Counted from the stretch's first letter, positions 8,763-16,766 are shown. The stretch: 50,514 bases of DNA from a virus (IMGVR_UViG_2534681773_000022); one strand, 5' to 3'. Numbers and translations: made by a program. Notes: a model not told the origin generated them from the letters alone.

Positions 8763-9013
8763 GTGAATCAAAATGCCAGGTTAATGGCAACAAGATAGAA
8801 CCATGTGCAGCACTGGCAAAGTCCCTTGAGCGTGATGCTGAATACACGATGCGAAAAGGTCTGCTGATATACAAAATCTGGAATGAGAGTTTAACTCGCG
8901 GTCCTGATTTTGTGATGTTTCGTTCCGGTGAATTTTCTAAATTACCAGTTCTGGTTTCATTTTGTCCGTTCTGTGGTGAAAGTCTGAAAACGTGGGAGAA
9001 CAGAAATGAATGA
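8759..9013 (+). CDS. Hypothetical protein (four Cys, possible zinc-binding)
   Basis: 84-aa ORF, GAGGAGG RBS, start overlaps the upstream stop (GTGA); paired Cys motifs CxxxC and CPFCG. Confidence 0.45.
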   Translation: MSESKCQVNGNKIEPCAALAKSLERDAEYTMRKGLLIYKIWNESLTRGPDFVMFRSGEFSKLPVLVSFCPFCGESLKTWENRNE

Positions 9014-9317
9014 AATTAAAGAAATACCAGTAGTACGTGATGAATATGGCTACTGGACGCATCCTGAATATGAAAAATTCTGTGACGGTCGGGAATATAT
9101 TTCAACGGAAGAGTTTAACGCCTGGATGGAGGAAAATAATCTTCAATACGTCCTCTGCTTCAGAGATGAAGGATGTGCTGACCTTGATGCGTGTGATGCT
9201 GATATTTCTGCATGGGAACCGGAACGACCAGAGGGCAATGGATGGTTTATTGGTTCAATACATGACACCGAAGATGGCCCGGTTTGTGTATGGCTGAGAA
9301 ATAAGGCCGAAGCATAA
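9006..9317 (+). CDS. Hypothetical protein
   Basis: 103-aa ORF in the tightly packed nin-like operon. Confidence 0.45.
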   Translation: MNEIKEIPVVRDEYGYWTHPEYEKFCDGREYISTEEFNAWMEENNLQYVLCFRDEGCADLDACDADISAWEPERPEGNGWFIGSIHDTEDGPVCVWLRNKAEA

Positions 9318-9445
9318 AGGCTATAAACCGACTAACAACTAAATACTGAAGATTTAAATCAGAAACGATTTTTATTAAATCCTTAACCGGAGGGATTCCT
9401 GCACCCTCAGAACATCAGGAGGCCGTCCGAAAGGGCGGTAGTGAA

Positions 9446-9628
9446 ATGCGAAAATTCAAAATAATTATTGAAACGGGAATAGCCGGTGGAGATTTCGAGG
9501 ATGAATTCGAAGTGGATGATGATGCAACACCAGATGAAATACAGGATGAAGCTAAAGATATTTTCTTTAACTACTGCAATTACTCATACCACGAAATAAA
9601 AGACGAAGAGGAAGAACAAAATGGCTGA
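9446..9628 (+). CDS. Hypothetical small acidic protein
   Basis: 60-aa ORF; highly acidic C-terminus. Confidence 0.35.
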   Translation: MRKFKIIIETGIAGGDFEDEFEVDDDATPDEIQDEAKDIFFNYCNYSYHEIKDEEEEQNG

Positions 9629-9797
9629 TTTTGGTTCAACTAAATATAACGCCAGTTTTGAAGAATGGCATGAACTGTTAATGGATTATGCAGAGTTACG
9701 CGGTGGAAGTGCCGCTGATGCTGAAGCATGGCGTGATGATTATGAAGCAGGGAAAACACCGGTCGAAGCATATTGTGATGAGTGGGGCGATGAATGA
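9621..9797 (+). CDS. Hypothetical small protein (below the 60-aa ORF-track cutoff)
   Basis: 58-aa ORF (MADFGSTKYN...) overlapping the upstream stop and the downstream start (ATGA); fills a gap that would otherwise be non-coding. Confidence 0.35.
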   Translation: MADFGSTKYNASFEEWHELLMDYAELRGGSAADAEAWRDDYEAGKTPVEAYCDEWGDE

Positions 9798-10153
9798 GCG
9801 AGATTAATTATCAGGAAGGGCATGAAAAGGCAGGGCAGGCAAAACCAGTGGCATGGCGATATCGCTACGTGAAAAAAGGCGTTACAGACTTTCAGGGGAA
9901 GCAGTGGGTTGGTGACTGGAAATATGTACCGACAAAAGAGGATTGCAACGACGGACCGAACTATGAAATTCAGGTGTTATTCACTGCCCCGCCTGTGCCA
10001 CTGACACCAGAAGGATTGATTAAAGCAGTGCGTTTCTATGAACAGGTAAAGCGTGAGAATCCGCCAGTCGAAACCGGAGCATGGAAAGACGCTGTTGACT
10101 GGGTGCTCAAAGAGGCTTGCCAGTCTGTAAACATTGGCATCAAAGGAGAGTGA
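9794..10153 (+). CDS. Hypothetical protein
   Basis: 119-aa ORF; its 3' end lies in a 22-bp repeat that also ends the next gene. Confidence 0.45.
   Translation: MSEINYQEGHEKAGQAKPVAWRYRYVKKGVTDFQGKQWVGDWKYVPTKEDCNDGPNYEIQVLFTAPPVPLTPEGLIKAVRFYEQVKRENPPVETGAWKDAVDWVLKEACQSVNIGIKGE
10132..10153. repeat. 22-bp direct repeat CATTsGCATCAAAGGAGAGTGA, copy 1 (gene-cassette boundary)
   Basis: Near-identical copy at 10626-10647; each supplies the last codons, the stop and the RBS for the next gene. Confidence 0.6.
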
Positions 10154-10155
10154 GA

Positions 10156-10647
10156 ATGCAAATTTCACCGGTTACTCTTCGTGTTGCGAAGGCGTTTATA
10201 TCCAGACATCACCGACACAATAAACCCCCGGTGGGGCATAAATTCAGCATTGGTCTGAGAAATGATGCCGGAGAATTGATAGGTGTGGCGACAGCCGGTA
10301 GACCTGTTGCACGACATTTGGACGATGGATTAACGCTTGAAGTAAATCGCACATGTACCACAGGAGAACGCAACGCTAACAGCGCGCTTTATGGTGCTGT
10401 CTGGCGGGCAGCAAAGGCTATGGGTTATCAACGTTGTATTACGTACACCCAGGCAGATGAATCAGGAGCATCTCTCCGCGCAGCTGGTTTTGTTCGTGTG
10501 AAAGAGCTTCCTCCAAGAAAAAGCTGGGCGGAATCAAGCGTCGCCCTGCGGAGTAAACGCGATCCGGTCGGAAACGGTGGTGTTCCTCGTGTGCTCTGGG
10601 AAATCAGGAGAATGAGTACCACTGGCATTCGCATCAAAGGAGAGTGA
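10156..10647 (+). CDS. Hypothetical protein (cassette bracketed by 22-bp direct repeats)
   Basis: 163-aa ORF with AAGGAGAG RBS; family not recognised from sequence. Confidence 0.5.
   Translation: MQISPVTLRVAKAFISRHHRHNKPPVGHKFSIGLRNDAGELIGVATAGRPVARHLDDGLTLEVNRTCTTGERNANSALYGAVWRAAKAMGYQRCITYTQADESGASLRAAGFVRVKELPPRKSWAESSVALRSKRDPVGNGGVPRVLWEIRRMSTTGIRIKGE
10626..10647. repeat. 22-bp direct repeat, copy 2
   Basis: 21 of 22 positions identical to 10132-10153. Confidence 0.6.
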
Positions 10648-10648
10648 T

Positions 10649-10912
10649 ATGGCAACTTTGACAAAAAAAGAACAAGCATGGTTGAGCGAATTACAGGACG
10701 TTCTTGATCGCTGTCCATCACCGAAAAAAATTGGTTTTTACACCATTGGCGATAAAAGCATTTACCTGTATGACCTGCGCCGCATGGATGAAATCATGGA
10801 GGCTCTTGATAATCGTTCGTCGATGGATTGGTGTGTTGCTGTTCATGATATGAATGCAGGGTTTGATGAAAAGATTTTGTTCCCCTCATCAGTTGAAAGC
10901 ACTGCGGGTTAA
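10649..10912 (+). CDS. Hypothetical protein
   Basis: 87-aa ORF immediately after the repeat. Confidence 0.45.
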   Translation: MATLTKKEQAWLSELQDVLDRCPSPKKIGFYTIGDKSIYLYDLRRMDEIMEALDNRSSMDWCVAVHDMNAGFDEKILFPSSVESTAG

Positions 10913-10922
10913 GGAGTAACAC

Positions 10923-11792
10923 ATGACCACTATTACCAAAGAACGTATTGAATTGTTCATTAAAAATCCGCTTGAAAACGGGCTTACCCGTGGTGAACAA
11001 ATGGAACTGGCACGGATTGCGCTGGCATCGCTGGAAGCAGAGCCGGTGGCAAAGATTATAGCTCATTACCCATTAGGGGTTGACGTAGGCAAACAAAAAT
11101 TTGTACAGGCCATTAGAGAGCTTCCTGACTTTGGCGGATATCTATTTGCCGCCCCTCCAGCGCCGATAGTGCCGGAAGAAATGTATTGGCAGGATGCGCC
11201 AGTTGAAGGCAGCAGCAAAGCGGCTGCATACGCTACAGGCTGGAACGATTGCCGCGAAGCCATGTTTCAGTCCGGAAACTTTCGGGAAAGCAAGAATTCG
11301 TCAACCAATAATTTTCGGGAAATCCCGGAAGCGTCAACCAGCTCTCCGGTAACTCCGGCTCTTCTGCCTGGTGGTTTCACCATTGAGGAGGCGAAGGAAT
11401 TACATGAAGACCTGGTACGCAGCCACATAAGCAAGGCCTTAAGTGGCGAAAAGATGAAAAAGAAAGATCGCGATGCTGATTTGCGCTGGATTCATGGCGT
11501 TATAGTTCAGGCAGCGTGGTTTGTAAAAGCATCACTGGAGCAGAATGCACTATCGGGCAACTCTCCGGCAACTCCGGATGGTTGGATAAGCTGTAGTGAG
11601 CGAATGCCGAATACCAAAACAGCCGTTCTTGTTGCCGTGGAGTTTGACAGGAAAGGTGACTGGCGAATGAAATGGGCTACTTACATCCCCGGGCATCCTG
11701 ACGCTAATGATGGGTGGATAATTCCTGGTGCGTCGTGGAAACCGTCACACTGGATGCCGCTACCAGAACCGCCGCAGGAGGTGAATCAATGA
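10923..11792 (+). CDS. Hypothetical phage protein, C-terminal DUF551-like domain
   Basis: 289-aa ORF; the C-terminal Trp-rich segment (...WIIPGASWKPSHWMPLPEPP) resembles DUF551 as remembered. Confidence 0.5.
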   Translation: MTTITKERIELFIKNPLENGLTRGEQMELARIALASLEAEPVAKIIAHYPLGVDVGKQKFVQAIRELPDFGGYLFAAPPAPIVPEEMYWQDAPVEGSSKAAAYATGWNDCREAMFQSGNFRESKNSSTNNFREIPEASTSSPVTPALLPGGFTIEEAKELHEDLVRSHISKALSGEKMKKKDRDADLRWIHGVIVQAAWFVKASLEQNALSGNSPATPDGWISCSERMPNTKTAVLVAVEFDRKGDWRMKWATYIPGHPDANDGWIIPGASWKPSHWMPLPEPPQEVNQ

Positions 11793-11872
11793 GCTGGCCT
11801 GAAGCATTAACAACGGTAGGAATTGCGATGGCGGTGGCGCTGGTGGTGTATTCGATTTGCCGCTGGGGATAA
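11789..11872 (+). CDS. Possible small hydrophobic peptide (27 aa)
   Basis: ATG overlapping the upstream stop; MSWPEALTTVGIAMAVALVVYSICRWG is a single transmembrane-like helix. Too short to be sure. Confidence 0.25.
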   Translation: MSWPEALTTVGIAMAVALVVYSICRWG

Positions 11873-11879
11873 AAACGGT

Positions 11880-11907
11880 TTGCGGGAAAAGGAGAGTTAA
11901 GTAGAAT
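11880..11907 (+). promoter_or_regulatory. Candidate hok/mok promoter (-35 TTGCGG, 16-bp spacer, -10 TAGAAT)
   Basis: Hexamers at 11880-11885 and 11902-11907; the predicted 5' end (GCAGCGGGTGCTTGAGG) is complementary to the mRNA 3' end. Confidence 0.45.
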
Positions 11908-11989
11908 TGCAGCGGGTGCTTGAGGCTATCTGTCTCAGGCATGAACACCAAAAGGCAGATAGAGAAAAGCCCCAGTTAACATTACGCGT

Positions 11990-12060
11990 CCGGCAAGACG
12001 CTTAACATTAATCTGAGGCCATATCTATGCTCTACACACGTAGGTTAGCCTCTTACGTGC
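11990..12060 (-). ncRNA. sok: Predicted Sok-like antisense RNA region (position inferred only)
   Basis: Type I hok/sok loci encode a short antisense RNA over the mok start and leader; no promoter was located with confidence. Confidence 0.25.
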
Positions 12061-12239
12061 CGAAAGGCAAGGAGAAGCAGGCTATGAAGCAGCAAAAGGC
12101 GATGCTAATCGCCCTGATCGTCATCTGTTTAACCGTCATTGTGACGGCACTGGTAACGAGGAAAGACCTCTGCGAGGTACGAATCCGAACCGGCCAGACG
12201 GAGGTCGCTGTCTTCACAGCTTACGAACCTGAGGAGTAA
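12027..12239 (+). CDS. mok: Mok: in-frame N-terminally extended reading frame that enables hok translation
   Basis: 70-aa ORF ending at the hok stop, mirroring the mokC/hokC arrangement. Confidence 0.55.
   Translation: MLYTRRLASYVPKGKEKQAMKQQKAMLIALIVICLTVIVTALVTRKDLCEVRIRTGQTEVAVFTAYEPEE
12084..12239 (+). CDS. hok: Hok/Gef-family type I toxin (51-aa membrane peptide)
   Basis: MKQQKAMLIALIVICLTVIVTALVTRKDLCEVRIRTGQTEVAVFTAYEPEE has the Hok-family hallmarks (N-terminal TM helix, conserved Cys, C-terminal AxFxAYE); AAGGAGAAG RBS. Confidence 0.85.
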   Translation: MKQQKAMLIALIVICLTVIVTALVTRKDLCEVRIRTGQTEVAVFTAYEPEE

Positions 12240-12307
12240 GAGACCTGGCGGGGGAGAAATCCCTCGCCACCTCTGATGTGTCAGGCATCCTCAACGCACC
12301 CGCACTT

Positions 12308-12336
12308 AACCCGCTTCGGCGGGTTTTGTTCTTTTT
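12308..12336 (+). terminator. Intrinsic terminator of the hok mRNA (CCCGC-TTCG-GCGGG hairpin + T-tract)
   Basis: GC stem with a UUCG loop followed by TTTTGTTCTTTTT; the preceding bases pair with the mRNA 5' end. Confidence 0.7.
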
Positions 12337-12379
12337 GTGAAAAAAATTCCCTTAAAGGAGATTTTTTTAACTAAAAAGG

Positions 12380-12407
12380 TTTACTTTGCTTTCGTATATG
12401 GTAAATT
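12380..12407 (+). promoter_or_regulatory. Candidate promoter of the XRE/ImmA operon (-35 TTTACT, extended -10 TGgTAAATT)
   Basis: Extended -10 TG-n-TAAATT at 12399-12407 with a -35-like hexamer 16 bp upstream; the same GGTAAAT motif recurs at the PR'-like promoter. Confidence 0.4.
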
Positions 12408-12483
12408 TTAGGAATTAGAATTTAAGCGCCCATCAGGCTTGCGTTAGGCAAGTCTGCTAAATCAACAAATTGAGGATAAAATC

Positions 12484-12843
12484 ATGGCACTCACTGAATT
12501 CGGTAAGGCCGTTAGAAAAGCGAGGATCGATACTGACAGTACTCTTCTGACTATGTCTCAAGAACTGGGCACTACGCCAGCGTTTCTTAGCGGTTTAGAA
12601 ACTGGTAGCAAAAAAATACCTCTGAAGTGGGTTAAGAAGATTGATTCTTACTTCAAGGCCAAAGGTGTAGAAATTGAAGGGTTACAGGAGTTAGCGGCAG
12701 TTGCGAATGACTCAGTTCCAGTAAACGGTTTGTCTCAGCAACAGAAAATGCTTGTAGCGGGATTCGCTAAGTCGCAGTTTACGCCGGAACAGCTAAAGAG
12801 TTTTGCAGATTTATTGCAAAAGATTAATAACAATGAGGGGTAA
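12484..12843 (+). CDS. XRE-family helix-turn-helix transcriptional regulator
   Basis: 119-aa ORF with an N-terminal HTH (LTMSQELGTTPAFLSGLETG); followed 2 bp later by a metallopeptidase gene. Confidence 0.7.
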   Translation: MALTEFGKAVRKARIDTDSTLLTMSQELGTTPAFLSGLETGSKKIPLKWVKKIDSYFKAKGVEIEGLQELAAVANDSVPVNGLSQQQKMLVAGFAKSQFTPEQLKSFADLLQKINNNEG

Positions 12844-12845
12844 TT

Positions 12846-13322
12846 ATGTATCAAATGAGAGGTAACAGGGTGTCACCGATGCAAGAAGAAGAAATAGCCT
12901 ACAGAGCTATAAACTTCTGTAATGCTATTGGTCTTACAGCCTCAAAGCGCAAAAGAAAGCGTTATGATATGTTCTTTGAAAGCCTGTCAATTTATGGGGT
13001 TACTCTTGACGTCAGGACCGACAAAGAGTGGGAGGCTCTGACGTATGATCTAACTATCGGACATTGTGACCCCGCTTCTCTAACAATTACGGTTCCCAAT
13101 AAAATATATGTGAATGCTTGCCTTGGGGAAGAGCATGCACTTGCTGTTATCTTCCACGAGCTAGGTCATTTGCTTCTTGGACACAAAGCAGTTTTACACT
13201 TTTCAGTTAAAGAACCTACTCGTATTGAGGATGCAGAATGGCAGGCAGATACATTTGCGGATATCGTACTGGAAACAATTGGCGTGAGAACACAACAGAT
13301 GTCGTTCGATTTTTATATGTAA
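12846..13322 (+). CDS. ImmA/IrrE-type zinc metallopeptidase (HEXXH motif)
   Basis: 158-aa ORF with HELGHLLLGH, the size and motif context of COG2856 peptidases that pair with XRE regulators. Confidence 0.65.
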   Translation: MYQMRGNRVSPMQEEEIAYRAINFCNAIGLTASKRKRKRYDMFFESLSIYGVTLDVRTDKEWEALTYDLTIGHCDPASLTITVPNKIYVNACLGEEHALAVIFHELGHLLLGHKAVLHFSVKEPTRIEDAEWQADTFADIVLETIGVRTQQMSFDFYM

Positions 13323-13346
13323 AAGCCCTGCGCTAACAGGGCTTTT
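13321..13346 (+). terminator. Intrinsic terminator after the peptidase gene
   Basis: AGCCCTG-cgctaa-CAGGGCT hairpin followed by TTTT. Confidence 0.6.
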
Positions 13347-13489
13347 AGGGACGGAAAGTGCGCTAACACATTCCGTAGTGTATGGAGATAATCCAATCAC
13401 AACACTTTTTGTAGACAAGCGAAGTGTAGTGGTTCTCCCAACAAAGTGCAACCTGTGTGGATTCACAGGTGAGCAGGGAAAACGAAATC

Positions 13490-13639
13490 ATGGCAATGGG
13501 TACCTGTCGCAAATGTGGCTGTCCATGTGAGATCATTTTTCGCTACTCTGTGTGTGTAGATGGTGTAATGCGCCACGCGAAAAAAGGGAAGCCTTTCCCG
13601 ATCCCACTTTGCAGTTGTAGTGGCAAGCACGCAGCTTGA
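13490..13639 (+). CDS. Hypothetical small cysteine-rich protein (49 aa; CxxC...CxC, probably metal-binding)
   Basis: ORF with seven Cys in 49 residues, followed by a terminator identical in hairpin to the hok terminator; RBS is weak. Confidence 0.3.
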   Translation: MAMGTCRKCGCPCEIIFRYSVCVDGVMRHAKKGKPFPIPLCSCSGKHAA

Positions 13640-13655
13640 TATTCAGTACTGACAA

Positions 13656-13682
13656 AACCCGCTTCGGCGGGTTTTGTTTTTC
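13656..13682 (+). terminator. Intrinsic terminator (CCCGC-TTCG-GCGGG + T-tract), second copy of the hok-terminator hairpin
   Basis: AACCCGCTTCGGCGGGTTTTGTT is identical to 12308-12330. Confidence 0.65.
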
Positions 13683-13753
13683 TTGGCATTCAGGTTTACA
13701 ATTCGCACGTCAGCCTGAACAACTGGCACCTGCTGCGCCAGCAGAGAAAGACG

Positions 13754-14032
13754 ATGGCGCACAATACCAAATCACACAATTCTGATAATTCAGCTGTCTT
13801 TGCCAGCAGGCACGGGCGGCGTTCCCGCACATTCAAATCTGATTGGTACCAGCATCCCCCATGTACTGAAGAACAAGCTGAATGGCTAATTCAGTGCTAC
13901 CGCAGACACGGATACGAGATTAAGAAAGCCCTCAGCCTCGATTATCGTCACTGGATAATCTCCGTCAGGCTTCCTTACTCTGAACGCCCACCGCGTCCGT
14001 CCCGCACATTCCAGCAACGCATCTGGAGGTAA
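13754..14032 (+). CDS. Hypothetical protein
   Basis: 92-aa basic ORF upstream of the DUF968 gene. Confidence 0.45.
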   Translation: MAHNTKSHNSDNSAVFASRHGRRSRTFKSDWYQHPPCTEEQAEWLIQCYRRHGYEIKKALSLDYRHWIISVRLPYSERPPRPSRTFQQRIWR

Positions 14033-14033
14033 C

Positions 14034-15080
14034 GTGCGGGTATTACTTCGACCTGTTCTGGTACCGGAACTCGGGCTGGTGATCGTTAAGCCGGGCCGTG
14101 AATCCATGCCGGTATTCCACAATACCCGGGTACTGGTGGAGCCGGAACCGAAAAGCATGCGTAATCTGTCGTCCGGGGTCGTTCCTGCCGTTCGCCAGCC
14201 GCTGGCGGAGGATAAATCATTACTGCCATTTTTCAGCGACGAACGAGTGATTCGTGCTGCTGGTGGCGCTGGCGCATTGTCTGACTGGTTACTGCGCCAT
14301 GTTAAATCCTGCCAGTGGCCACACGGCGATTATCACCACAGTGAAACCGTCATTCACCGTTATGGTACCGGCGCAATGGTGTTGTGCTGGCACTGCGACA
14401 ACCAGCTGCGCGACCAGACCTCCGAATCACTCGGGCAACTTGCTCACCAAAACCTGTCTGCATGGATGATTGACGTCATACGCCATGCAATGAATGGCTC
14501 GCAGGAACGGGAATTATCGCTGGCTGAATTATCCTGGTGGGCGGTCCGCAATCAGGTGGCGGACGCGCTACCGGAAGCGGTATTACGTCGTTCGCTGGGG
14601 TTGCGTGCGGAAAAAATCCGCTCAATGTACCGTGAAAGCGACATCGTACCGGGAGAGCAGACCGCCACCAGCATACTGAAGCAGCGCACAAAAAATCTTG
14701 CGCCGCTGCCTCACGCCCACCAGCAAAACCCGCCACAGGAAGAGACGGTGGTCAGCATTGCCGTTGATCCTGAGTCTCCGGAATCTTTCATGAAACGACC
14801 TAAACGTCGCCGCTGGGTTAACGAGAAATACACACGCTGGGTGAAGACACAGCCGTGTGCGTGTTGTGGTAAGCCAGCCGACGATCCCCATCACCTGATT
14901 GGTCATGGTCAGGGCGGAATGGGGACAAAATCTCACGATATTTTCACGCTACCGCTGTGTCGGGAGCATCACAACGAGCTTCATGCGGATCCTCTGGCGT
15001 TCGAAGAAAAGCATGGTTCTCAGGTTGATTTAATTTTTCGTTTTCTTGATCACGCCTTTGCAACTGGCGTGCTTGGGTAA
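14034..15080 (+). CDS. DUF968-family phage protein (YdfU-like)
   Basis: 348-aa ORF, GTG start after GGAGGT; C-terminal Cys/His cluster (CACCGKPADDPHHLIGHG...CREHHNELH); sits upstream of rusA and Q as in Qin-type prophages. Confidence 0.6.
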   Translation: MRVLLRPVLVPELGLVIVKPGRESMPVFHNTRVLVEPEPKSMRNLSSGVVPAVRQPLAEDKSLLPFFSDERVIRAAGGAGALSDWLLRHVKSCQWPHGDYHHSETVIHRYGTGAMVLCWHCDNQLRDQTSESLGQLAHQNLSAWMIDVIRHAMNGSQERELSLAELSWWAVRNQVADALPEAVLRRSLGLRAEKIRSMYRESDIVPGEQTATSILKQRTKNLAPLPHAHQQNPPQEETVVSIAVDPESPESFMKRPKRRRWVNEKYTRWVKTQPCACCGKPADDPHHLIGHGQGGMGTKSHDIFTLPLCREHHNELHADPLAFEEKHGSQVDLIFRFLDHAFATGVLG

Positions 15081-15092
15081 AAGAGGTGACTG

Positions 15093-15467
15093 ATGCTCAT
15101 AGATTTGGTTTTACCTTACCCGCCGACGGTGAACACTTACTGGCGACGCCGTGGCAGCACATATTTTATCTCGGAGGAGGGAAAGCGTTATCGCCGGGCT
15201 GTGGCGCTTATTGTTCGCCAGCAGCGGCTGAAATTAAGCCTGTCCGGAAGGCTGGCGATAAAGGTGATTGCAGAGCCACCGGATAAGCGTCGTCGCGACC
15301 TGGACAATATTCTGAAAGCACCACTGGATGCGCTGACGCATGCCGGACTTCTCATAGACGACGAGCAGTTTGATGAAATCAATATTGTGCGCGGTCAGCG
15401 CGTTCCTGGGGGGCGGCTGGGCGTGAAGATTTACCCCATAATGCTTGAAGGGCAGGTCAAAAAATGA
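15093..15467 (+). CDS. rusA: Holliday-junction resolvase RusA
   Basis: 124-aa ORF with the RusA catalytic core (...RRRDLDNILKAPLDALTHAGLLIDDEQ...); nin-region position just before Q. Confidence 0.85.
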   Translation: MLIDLVLPYPPTVNTYWRRRGSTYFISEEGKRYRRAVALIVRQQRLKLSLSGRLAIKVIAEPPDKRRRDLDNILKAPLDALTHAGLLIDDEQFDEINIVRGQRVPGGRLGVKIYPIMLEGQVKK

Positions 15468-16285
15468 AACTGGAAGATTTACCGAAATACTACTCCCCAA
15501 AATCCCCCGGCCTGACTGATGCATCGGCCTCAACGTCGAAAGATGCGCTGAGTATCACTGATGTGATGGCCGCGCAGGGCATGACACAGAATCGGGCTGA
15601 GATGGGGTTTTCTGCGTTCCTTGGGAAAATGGGCATTAGTATGAATGACAGAGAGCGGGCAACAGAATTGCTGACAGAATATGCACTCAGTCGGTGTGAT
15701 CGCGTGGCGGCGTTAAGAAAACTCCCGGCAGAAATAAAACCGGCAGTGATGCGTATTATGGCTTCGTATGCGTTTGAAGATTATGCCCGCAGCGCGGCGA
15801 GCAAAAAACAGTGCTCCTGCTGTCACGGAAAAAAATTTATTGAAAGCGAGGTTTTTACAAACAAGATCCAGTATCCGGATGGTAAGCCGCCGGTATGGGC
15901 AAAGTGTACGAAAGGTGTGTATCCGTCTTACTGGGAAGAATGGAAAAAAGTCAGGGAGGTGGTAAAAGTTGCCTGTCCGGAGTGTGGCGGAAAGGGTGAG
16001 GTTTCCACCGCCTGTAAGGATTGCCGTGGGCGTGGTGTCGCCATTCATCGTGAAGAGTCGGTAAAACGTGGTATGCCTGTTATCAGAGACTGCCAGCGTT
16101 GTGGTGGTCGTGGCTGTGAAAGACTACCATCAACGGAGGCATTTAATGCCATATGCAAAGTGACGAGTGCTATCACGCTTGATACGTGGAAAAAATCAGT
16201 GAAACGCTTTTACGATACGTTGGTGGTTCGGTTTGACATTGAAGAGGCATGGGCGGAGCGGCAGTTAAAGAGGGTAACGCGATAG
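15464..16285 (+). CDS. Late-gene antitermination protein Q (long, zinc-finger-rich type)
   Basis: 273-aa ORF translationally coupled to rusA (ATGA); three CxxC-GG(K/R)G motifs; immediately upstream of a PR'-like promoter and terminator. Confidence 0.75.
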   Translation: MKLEDLPKYYSPKSPGLTDASASTSKDALSITDVMAAQGMTQNRAEMGFSAFLGKMGISMNDRERATELLTEYALSRCDRVAALRKLPAEIKPAVMRIMASYAFEDYARSAASKKQCSCCHGKKFIESEVFTNKIQYPDGKPPVWAKCTKGVYPSYWEEWKKVREVVKVACPECGGKGEVSTACKDCRGRGVAIHREESVKRGMPVIRDCQRCGGRGCERLPSTEAFNAICKVTSAITLDTWKKSVKRFYDTLVVRFDIEEAWAERQLKRVTR

Positions 16286-16289
16286 TGTT

Positions 16290-16318
16290 GTTGATTTTTC
16301 CCGAATCTGTGGTAAATT
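16290..16318 (+). promoter_or_regulatory. PR'-like late promoter (-35 GTTGAT/TTGATT, extended -10 TGgTAAATT)
   Basis: Directly downstream of Q; the -10 TAAATT with upstream TG matches the lambda PR' -10 as I recall it; followed by tR' 50 bp downstream. Confidence 0.5.
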
Positions 16319-16367
16319 TGCTCTAACGATGGGCGTTTTATGCCTGACGTTAGAAGATTTTTTACAC

Positions 16368-16390
16368 CCCGCCGCCTGGCGGGTTTTTTA
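16368..16390 (+). terminator. tR'-like intrinsic terminator (CCCGCC-gcct-GGCGGG + TTTTTT)
   Basis: Perfect 6-bp GC stem followed by six T; about 55 nt downstream of the late promoter -10. Confidence 0.7.
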
Positions 16391-16511
16391 TGACTGAAAT
16401 CGCGTCAGTATAGTAAACGCGCTGGTGGCGGTGAATACCTGTCTTTCAGCTTGCTGGCTTTTTCGACAAGAGTTATTGGTGTGTCACGTTAACCGGAAAA
16501 GGGAAAAAGAC

Positions 16512-16709
16512 ATGCTAAAACAGCAGGATATGACAGAAACCGCCAGAGTGGTGTTTAATGAATTAAGCGTTACCGAACCGGCGACAGTCGGGGAGATAGC
16601 GCAGAATACTTACCTTTCACGCGAACGCTGCCAGTTAATACTGACCCAGCTGGTTATGGCGGATCTGGCAGACTATCAGTTCGGTTGTTACAGACGCCTT
16701 CCGCAGTGA
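16512..16709 (+). CDS. Hypothetical small protein
   Basis: 65-aa ORF between tR' and the methyltransferase gene. Confidence 0.35.
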   Translation: MLKQQDMTETARVVFNELSVTEPATVGEIAQNTYLSRERCQLILTQLVMADLADYQFGCYRRLPQ

Positions 16710-16737
16710 AGGCTTTTTTATTTGTGGTAAATGGGCG

Positions 16738-16766
16738 GCTGGTGGGTGTTAGGGGCACCCACCAGC
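16738..16766 (+). other. Stable RNA/DNA hairpin (11-bp stem GCTGGTGGGTG / CACCCACCAGC, 7-nt loop) without a T-tract
   Basis: Perfect inverted repeat upstream of the methyltransferase gene, preceded by a second TGTGGTAAAT motif at 16722-16731. Confidence 0.5.
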
